Assembly: GCA_964016885.1 (NCBI GenBank)
Contig: OZ024743.1
Coordinates: 269,638,001-269,702,000, forward strand
Direction of reading: 5' to 3'
Origin: Eledone cirrhosa
Taxonomy: Eukaryota
Length of the DNA stretch: 64,000 nt
The translations under genes and the position numbers were made by a program. Below the pieces are notes generated by a model. The model saw nothing but the letters and a program-made list of their open reading frames with translations. It did no database searches and was not told the DNA's origin. This document shows positions 55,332 to 64,000 of this stretch, one piece after another. The first letter of the stretch is position 1. Each line of letters opens with the position of its first letter.

Positions 55332-55671
55332 ATAATATATAAGATCAAAAGATGGTTAAAAGAGTTCCATGTATTTTATTATGCCCATTTCAAAAACAAA
55401 TATCATCATGCAATAACATTTCTGTTTTCATCAGATAAAATAGGAAGACATGATATGAAGGTTAAAAAACACTTGTGGATAGTGCAGTTTTAAATTAACA
55501 TATGTTGATTTAAAACTGCACTATCCACAAGTGTTTTTTAACCTTCATATCATGTATTCCTATTTTATCTGATGAAAACAGAAATGTTATTGCATGATGA
55601 TATTTGTTTTTGAAATGCGCATAATAAAATACATGGAACTCTTTTAACCATCTTTTGATCTTATATATTAT
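55332..55671. repeat. 340-bp near-perfect palindrome without spacer
   Basis: Centre aacat|atgtt at 55501/55502; only a few mismatches. Confidence 0.92.
55561..55631 (+). ncRNA. Type I hammerhead (mirror on minus strand at 55372-55442)
   Basis: tattttat-CTGATGA-AAACAGA..TTTGTTT-GAAAT-GCGC-ATA-ataaaata; 8-bp stem I. Confidence 0.82.
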
Positions 55672-56848
55672 ATATATATATATAAATATATAAATGCAAG
55701 TTTACGATTCTGTGTGTCCGCCTAAAACTAGCAAACTACTGGACCAAACTCCTCAAAATTACATGTACATATTCACTATACACTCGGACAGATAACGGTC
55801 GAAAAAGTTTTACTTTGAAAAGCAAGGAATTTATTTAAATTCAATTTATCTTATTTTTTAATGAATATCAAAAGAGAAAATCGATTTTGTTTTTTTATGT
55901 TCTCCAGTCTGTGGATAAGAGAGTGAGGGATGGGAGAGAGTAAGGGATGAGAGAGAAAGAGAGAGAGTGGGAGATGGGAGAGAGAGAGAGTAAGGGGATG
56001 TGAGAGAGAAAGAAAGAGAGTAAGGGATGAGAGAGAGAGAGTGGGTGATGGGAGAGAGAGTAAGGGGATGAGAGAGACAAAGAAAGAGAGTAAGGGGATG
56101 AGAGAGAAAGACGATGAAAGAGAGAGAGGGAAAGTAACCAGCGTTCTTAACTTTTATTTATTTATTATTTTTACACACTTCTTAACTCTCCCATGTTATT
56201 TATCGTTTATTTATTTTTTGTTTGCTATTCTGTAGAGGATGAGAGAGAGAGAAAGATAGAGAAAGGGAATGAGGCGGATGGGGAGAGAAAGACAATAAGA
56301 AAAGAGAAAAGATGAGAGTGAGAAAAAAAGTAAAGAGGAAGGAGAGAGGGAGGGTGATAGGAGGGATTCTTTACCTAACGTGTGTCCGCGTTTATATATA
56401 TATTTACACACACATATGTTTGTGTTATGGAGGGGGGAGGGCGTTCTTTAGCAGACGATATATGTTACCATCAAAGCTTATTTTCTACACATGTCTAAAG
56501 AAATCACAGATGCTTTTATAGAAGTTGTATATATGTATGTATTTAACAAACAAAAAAAAAACGGTATTTTTAAAAGATATTATTTGAATATATTATTTTC
56601 CGCTGTTATTTGAATTAACACAGAAAATATTTTTTTTGTAGTGTTTGTCGTTTTTTGGGGAGGAGTTGGATAAAAAATGATAATTTCAGTATACAATCTG
56701 AAATCCCAATATTTTCTACATATGTCTAAAATTAATTTCACCTAATATACATTCATATAAAGAGATCATTTAAAACAACTTTACTGAGTGAACAATACAT
56801 TCTATAGTTGTTTCTATTTCGGAAAGAATGTGTGTGGTGTGTAATAAT

Positions 56849-56911
56849 TGTTTCTACTTTTGGCACAAGGCCAGCAATTATTCCAGTGCATTACTGGTAC
56901 TTTATTTTATC
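56849..56911 (-). mobile_element. 5'-truncated SINE inserted in the Helitron with a 17-bp target-site duplication
   Basis: gtgtggtgtgtaataat at 56832-56848 and 56912-56928. Confidence 0.85.
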
Positions 56912-56938
56912 GTGTGGTGTGTAATAATATCACTTCAA

Positions 56939-59900
56939 ATGCCTAGAAAACGTTCCAGATATGGAAGGTCATCTTCAGAGGCTAAGAGAGAGAAAACACA
57001 GCGATCTGAAGAAAGTGAAGAAGTTCGGCATGCCCATCTAGCTGCAAACAGAGCCCAAACAGCTTTAGCACGAGCACACCGTTTGGATGAAAGGGAACAA
57101 AGGACTCCTGCTACACGAGGACAACAAATTAAGGAACAGCAGCAAATCAGACTAAATGCTAATTTAGCACATCGTTCTACTGCCCGAGCAGGAGAACATG
57201 CCACAAGTAAAATGAACTGGCTGATGAGTGCTTTTTCTTATGACCCCCCCCCCCCCCCCCCCCCCCTCCACCCCAAAGGACTACAGCAGTAATCCACAAA
57301 TCAACATTGGGAAAATGCTGCCAGCATTGTGGTGCCAAGAAGTAGGCAGCAGAAACACCAAGTCTATGCTGCTCAAAAGGCAAAGTGAGCCTTAAAACAA
57401 TACAGGAATCTCCTGAAATTCTGAAGAATCTGCTCCTTCAGCATACACCAGAAGCACGATACTTCAATAAATACATCATAAAATATAATTCTGCCTTTCA
57501 AATGACATCTTTTGGGGCTGACAGGAATGTGACTGACTTTAGATTCTGTACAACTTATAAAATTCAGGGACAGTGTTACCACTTAATGGGTGGCCTTCTA
57601 CCACTTTCACAGGAGCCTCACAAATTTGTGCAGGTTTATTTCATGGGTGGAAATGAAACACAGGCACAACAAAGATGTACCAATGTCCATGGTGGATTGC
57701 AGTTCTACATAGTCATAAAGTTACAAGAAATGCTTCACCAAAATCACATGTACGTCAGTGTATTTAAATAGGCACTGGAGCATATGAACAACACCAGAGA
57801 TCGTAAAATCATCATTAGGGTAGACAAACGCCCAGCTTCAGAACATGAACGCAGATTCAATGCACCTGTCACTGATGAAGTTACAATCATAATGGTTGAT
57901 GAACAGCATGAACGACGTGACATTGTTTTGCAAAAACGAAGTGGACATTTGGAGCAAATTTGTGAAATTCATAGAACCTATGATACACTATAATAACCAC
58001 TCATCTTTTGGAATGGTCAAGATGGATATCCTTTTCAGCTGCGGGACAAGAAACTGGCCGATCAATCAGCTGCAAAGAATGTTATGCTTAACATTTCATG
58101 GTACGTGATCACTTCAACCAAGTTCTGCGATTCAAAGAAGTAACCAGCCAGTTCATGGTGGACATGTATGCCAAAATTGAAACAGAAAGATTGGGTTTTC
58201 TGCGAAGGAATCAAACTAAGTTGAGGGCAGATAGCTACATCCACCTTAGAGATGCCATCAATTCTGATGTTGACCCAAGAAATATTGGCCAGCCAGTCAT
58301 ACTACCATCAAGCTTCACGGGAGGACCACGTTACATGCATGTACGCAAGATGCAATGGCCTATGTCAGAAAATTTGGTCGGCCAGATCTCTTCATTACAT
58401 TTACATGCAATTCAAACTGGTCAGAAATATCAAATGAATTATTTCAAAATCAAAAACCAAAGGATCGACATCACCTCATTGCTCGGGTTTTCCATGAAAA
58501 GCAAAAAAAACAACAAAAACTTATCTGGATCCTAAAAGAAGGAAGAATCTTTGGTGAGCTTAGTGCTTGGATGGCCACTATTGAGTGGCAGACGAGAGGT
58601 CTTCTCACTCTCACACACTAATCTGGTACAAGGAGAAGATAAGACCAGACCAGATGATGTTAAGATCATTTCAGCAGTTACCTGATAAAGGTGGTGATCC
58701 AGAACTCTTTGAAACCATCAAGTCCAAACTCATTCATGGTCCATGTGGAGTCATCAATCCAGCCTCTCCCTGCATGAAAGATCAAAAATGCAGCAAACAT
58801 TATCCTAGAGCTTTTATTCGGGAAATCGGACTGACAATAATGGATACCCCCTTTATCGTAGGCGTAGATTAGAACATGGAGGCAATACTGCAAGCCTAAC
58901 AGTTCGAGGAGAGGAGCTGACCATAAACAATCAGTGGGTCGTCCCACACAACAAATTGCTGTGTAAACTTCTAAAAGCTCATATCAATGTTGAGTATTGC
59001 AGCTCCGTCAAGGCAATCCTATATGTCACAAAATATATCACCAAGGGCAGTGACATGGCTACATTTATTACTGACAAAGAACTCAATGATGGTGGGCTGG
59101 ATGAGGTCAAACGGTATCAAACAGGTCGATACATCTCCAGCAATGAAACTATCTGGCGAATCTTTGGATTTTATATCCACCAACGCCACCCAACAGTGGT
59201 CAGCCTCGCAGTCCATCTGGAAAATGGACAGAGAGTGTACTTCACTGAGATCACTGCTCATCAGTTGGCACAAGCATCACATGACACCACACTAACTGCT
59301 TTTTTTAAACTCTGCCAGAATGATGAATTTGCTCGATCTCTCCTATATGCTGAAGTTCCAACATACTACACCTGGATCAATTTCAAGACCTGGAACCGAA
59401 GAAAGCAGGGTAATTTAGTGGAAGGTCATGAAGTCAAGTCAAGTGATGCTATTGGGCGTGTTTACAATGTCCATCCCAACAACAGAGAATGTTTTTATTT
59501 ACGGCTACTTCTGCTACTGTTCGAGGACCAACGTCATTTGAGGATCTTAGGTGCTTCAGAGGAAGGGAGTGCGCAACATACCAAGAAGCATGTAAACAGC
59601 ATGGACTCCTGCATGACAATGGACAAGAAGTGCCTAAAAGAAGCAGCAATCACTCAAGTAGCCAGTCAAATAAGACAATTATTTGCTATTATGCTCACAG
59701 CATGTGGAATTGATGAAGCTCATCTATTCTGGCAGGAGTACAAAAACAATATGTCGGACGACTACACCTAGCCCGAAGACATCATGGCAATATGTATATG
59801 GAATATACCCCCAAGATTTACAATCAAGCTCTCTGTGACCTGTCCCATTGAGTTCAGGCAATGAATAGCACATTAGCTAACTGCGGGATGCCAGAGCCAG

Positions 59901-61286
59901 ATGAAGAAATGGAGGTAGCACAAGACATTTTTCAGGAGACAAACTACGATATTCAAGCATTGCGTAAGTTTGTGGATGAAAATGAACCTCGATTGATGGA
60001 TGACCAGAAATACTCCTACCACAACATGATCGAAAACATTCAAAATGACAGGGGAGGACTTTTCTTCATCGATGCTCCTGCTGGCACAGGCAAGACATTC
60101 CTGGGTGGAGGAAGAACTGCACACTCCCTCCATGTTTAAGCTGCCCATAGATCTCACACGGCATGAACAATCTTTTTGCAGCATCAAGAACTCACACAGG
60201 GCAAGCTTCTGCAAACATGCAACATGATAATTTGGGATGAAGCTACTATGAGCCATAAAGGAGCAATTGAAGCTTTGGACCGGACGATAAGGGATCTGAG
60301 AGAAAATAGTTGCACAATGGGAGGAGTGACAATAGTTCTAGCTGGTGATTTCAGACAAACTATGCCTGTAATTCTTCGAGGGACTCGAGCTGATCAGGTC
60401 AATGCCTGTCTGAAAACATCCTATCTCTGGCTCCACTTTCAGCTGATGAGCCTTACAACCAACATGCGAGTGCACTTAACTGGTGACGAAGGTGTCAGTG
60501 AGTTTGCCATCCAACTACTTAAATTGGGAAATGGACTTCTTGAAAAGGACTCCAATGACCATATTCAGTTGTCATTTGGCCATATCATTGACCATATCAT
60601 TTTGCCATATCATTGAACAAGAACTGATTGCCAGAGTGTTTTCAAACATTCAGACCAGGCAATGTGATCTGAAATGGCTCTGTGAACGAGCAATCTTAGC
60701 ACCTAAAAATGTTGCTGTGAAAGAAATCAACAGAAGGCTGCTGGAGATGTTACCGGGAGAGAAAATATGCTACAAATCAGTTGACACAATCACTTCTCAT
60801 GACAAGGTTGTAAACTATCCAAGTGAATTTTTGAACAGTCTTGAACAAGCGGGAATTCCTCCACACAACCTGATACTGAAGCTTGGAGCAACGGTTATGC
60901 TACTTCGCAATCTGGATCCTCTAAAACTTTGTAATGGCACAAGACTCATCATCAAAAATATGATTTCCAATGTTCTAGAAGTTGCAATCATGTCAGGAAA
61001 ATTTGCTGGTGACAATTGTTTCATTCCCAGAATACCTCTGAATCCAACTGATTTACCATTTGAATTTCAAAGACTTCAATTTCCGATTAGGCTCAGTTTT
61101 GCCATGACCATTAACAAATCTCAAGGGCAATCATTGAAAGTCGTTGGGTTGAATCTGGCAAATCCTGTCTTTTCACATGGTCAACTCTATGTTGGCACAA
61201 CAAGGGTTGGGAACCCTGATTGTCTCTTCATTGTAGCACCACAGGGCAAAACCAAGAATGTTGTTTATCCAGAGGCTTTGGAATGA
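56939..61286 (+). pseudogene. Helitron Rep/Pif1-type helicase, multiple stops and frameshifts
   Basis: CQHC..CC Zn motif, SFTGGPRYM, GRPDLFITFTCN, EWQTRG..HSH (HUH), YVTKYITKG, DAPAGTGKT, IIWDEATM, GDFRQ, FAMTINKSQGQS, FSHGQLYV. Confidence 0.93.
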
Positions 61287-62353
61287 GCAATGTCGTAATT
61301 CCTCATTCAATGACAATACACACAGATTCCTTAGTCATGTAGTTTGCAAGGAATTCTGAAGCCGCAAATTTACTGCATGGTGTTACTTTGGAAGAATATG
61401 CAGGCATTCCCGGGTACCTCTGCTATATAAAGTAGTATAAGTGAGGACTTTGTTGGGTAGAAATAGCAGCCAAATTTCCTTCAAATCCCACCTTACTCTC
61501 TCAGGTATGTATATATGTATGAAGCAAAAAGGAATGGTTCTATGTGATAACTCGATCTACTAGAAATATTAGCAAAATCCATTTCAAATCACAAACAACT
61601 GTCTTACACACATACATGTGCGTGTATGTACCTATGTATGTCATGAGAGCCACTATAACTGTTGGTATAGCTAATAGAAATAGAAAACAAATCTCCCTCA
61701 AACAAGATCCTACTGCCATAGAGGCAAAGATTGGTGAAAGCTACAGTGTACAAATTTAAATACACTTTCCCCGAATTACAGAAACGAGTAAGTAAATGCT
61801 TCATTTAATCATAAACCAATGCTAAATTTATTTTATTATTTTATTTATGGTTTTTAAAATAGTCTTTACATGTTTGAATTTCAGAGGTTCAGATATTGAG
61901 CAAAAAAAAAAAAAAAAAAAATAAGAAAGAATATGATAAATAAAAAAAATCTAAATGTATTTTTTTGGTCATACCCTTTTCACTGACAACATACCTAATG
62001 ATTCATCTATGAGTAAAGCATTATATCTGCTGACTGTAATAGGGAGCAGTATTTAAAAAATCACCACTGGAAAAAACTAATATTTTCATCTAGATGATTT
62101 ACTTCGACCAAACGGCAATAAATATTCTGCTATAATTCCTACTTTGATTAAAATTCAGCAATCATATTTGAATGGTCAAATATTTTGTAATGTGTGCCAA
62201 GTAAATTGTAACTTTCATAAAATAGCCGGGTATCACCGGGTAGCTCAGTTAGTATATATATATATGTATGTAAAAGGTAAACAGAAACAACAACACAATC
62301 GGTACAGTATATGGAAGGTATATATTAGGTTAACGCTTGATATAGCAGGATAC

Positions 62354-62410
<57 letters not shown>

Positions 62411-62475
62411 CATATATATATACATATATATATACATATATATATATATATACATGTATATATATATACATATAC

Positions 62476-62507
<32 letters not shown>

Positions 62508-62569
62508 GTATATATATGCCCCAAGGCTCTGATACCATCAACACCATAAACACAGATAAACACTGACTA

Positions 62570-62625
62570 ACTGCCTGATGAGGTCATAGCCATTCAATGG
62601 CTATCATCGAAATATATATAGCAGT
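62570..62625 (+). ncRNA. Type I hammerhead
   Basis: actgc-CTGATGA-GGT-c-ATAGCCAT..ATGGCTAT-c-ATC-GAAAT-ATAT-ATA-gcagt. Confidence 0.88.
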
Positions 62626-62666
62626 AAATAAATGATTATGAGTTCATGCAATTGACTTATGTTTCG

Positions 62667-62768
<102 letters not shown>

Positions 62769-63114
62769 TACACACACACATATATATATGTGTGTGAGTA
62801 TGTGTGTGAATGTGTCTTTGTGTATGTATGCATGCATATATGTGTGCATGCATGCATGTATGTGTGTATGTATGTATGTATGTTTGTGTATGTATATATG
62901 TATGTATGCATACCTACGTACACTCACATCCACTAAACATCACATGAAGCTATTCTTTGTGGTTCATGCATCAACCGTCTGGAATGTCTTTATCACCCAC
63001 GGTTTGCCCTGTATACATAGGATTATGTATACTGTTGAAGCTGTACATTTAATCATTGCACTCTGACTAATCACAGAGGAAAATACGACAGTCGTGTGCA
63101 CTACCTTTCGTCCT

Positions 63115-64000
63115 CACTAAACCATCACTATCGTCAACACCACTACACACAACAACTCCAGCCACACCAACTTCAACATCAACAGCAACTATATTAATAG
63201 CATTACCAACATCAACATCAACAGCTACATTAAAAACACCAACACTATCACCACCAACGCCAACAAGACCAACAGTACCATGAACACCAACACCAACACA
63301 ATCACCAACACCATCACCATCACCAACACCCACCAACAACATCAATTCCATTACGAACACTACCAACGTCAACACCAACACCATTACCACCTACAACAAT
63401 GTCAACAACACTCACACCCTTACGACCAATAACACCAACACCTTCACCACCTACAACAACAACACCAACACCATCACCAACAAACCATCACTATAACCAC
63501 CAATAAGACAATACCAACATCCAACACCAACAACACCAACACCATCACTACCAACATCAGCTACAGCAACTACACCAATAATATCAACAACGCCAACACC
63601 ACCAACACCAATACCAACACCAGCACCATCAACACCAACACCAACAACACCAACACCAGCAACACCAACACCAACACCAACAACACCATCAACACCAACA
63701 ACACCAACACCAACACCAATACCAACACTGTCACCAACACCACCAACACCAACACCACCAACCACATCAACACCAACACCACCAACACCAATAGCAACAC
63801 CAGCACCATCAACACCAACACCAACAACACCAACACCAACAACACCAACACCAACACCAACAACACCATCAACACAAACATCAACAACACCAACACCAAC
63901 ACCAATACCAACACTGTCACCAACACCACCAACACCAACACCACCAACAACATCAACACCAACACCACCAACACCAATACCAACAACACCAACACCAACA
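63115..64000. repeat. (CAACAC)n degenerate hexanucleotide array running off the window end
   Basis: Direct. Confidence 0.93.

Larger units (their letters stand above)
55680..61426 (+). mobile_element. Autonomous-type Helitron, decayed
   Basis: RepHel ORF remnants; 5' region resembles the 38015 element (cctaaaactag); 3' ccgggtacctctgCTAT resembles ccgggtaacactgCTAG. Confidence 0.9.

Overview
AT-rich, microsatellite-saturated eukaryotic DNA. SINE types and repeat landscape suggest an octopod/cephalopod genome (inference). I see no convincing host gene, and almost all listed ORFs are translations of simple repeats. The window is a patchwork of mobile elements separated by (TA)n tracts. (1) Many Penelope-like element (PLE) fragments: four Naiad-type GIY-YIG copies, Neptune-type copies and a Neptune/Nematis-like family with an RT. 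(2) A near-full-length R4/Dong-clade non-LTR element inside a (TAA)n tract. (3) A 5'-inverted RTE-like LINE. (4) A decayed autonomous Helitron plus non-autonomous Helitron pieces. (5) Two tRNA-derived SINE families. Two features are invisible in the ORF track. About 16 type-I hammerhead ribozyme motifs with canonical cores come from about 9 sequence families, many with self-complementary minimal stem III. More than a dozen fold-back (inverted-repeat) structures, many built from PLE termini, sit directly in (TA)n, and several carry a hammerhead on each strand. All alignments were done by eye, so boundaries are approximate unless exact motifs are quoted.
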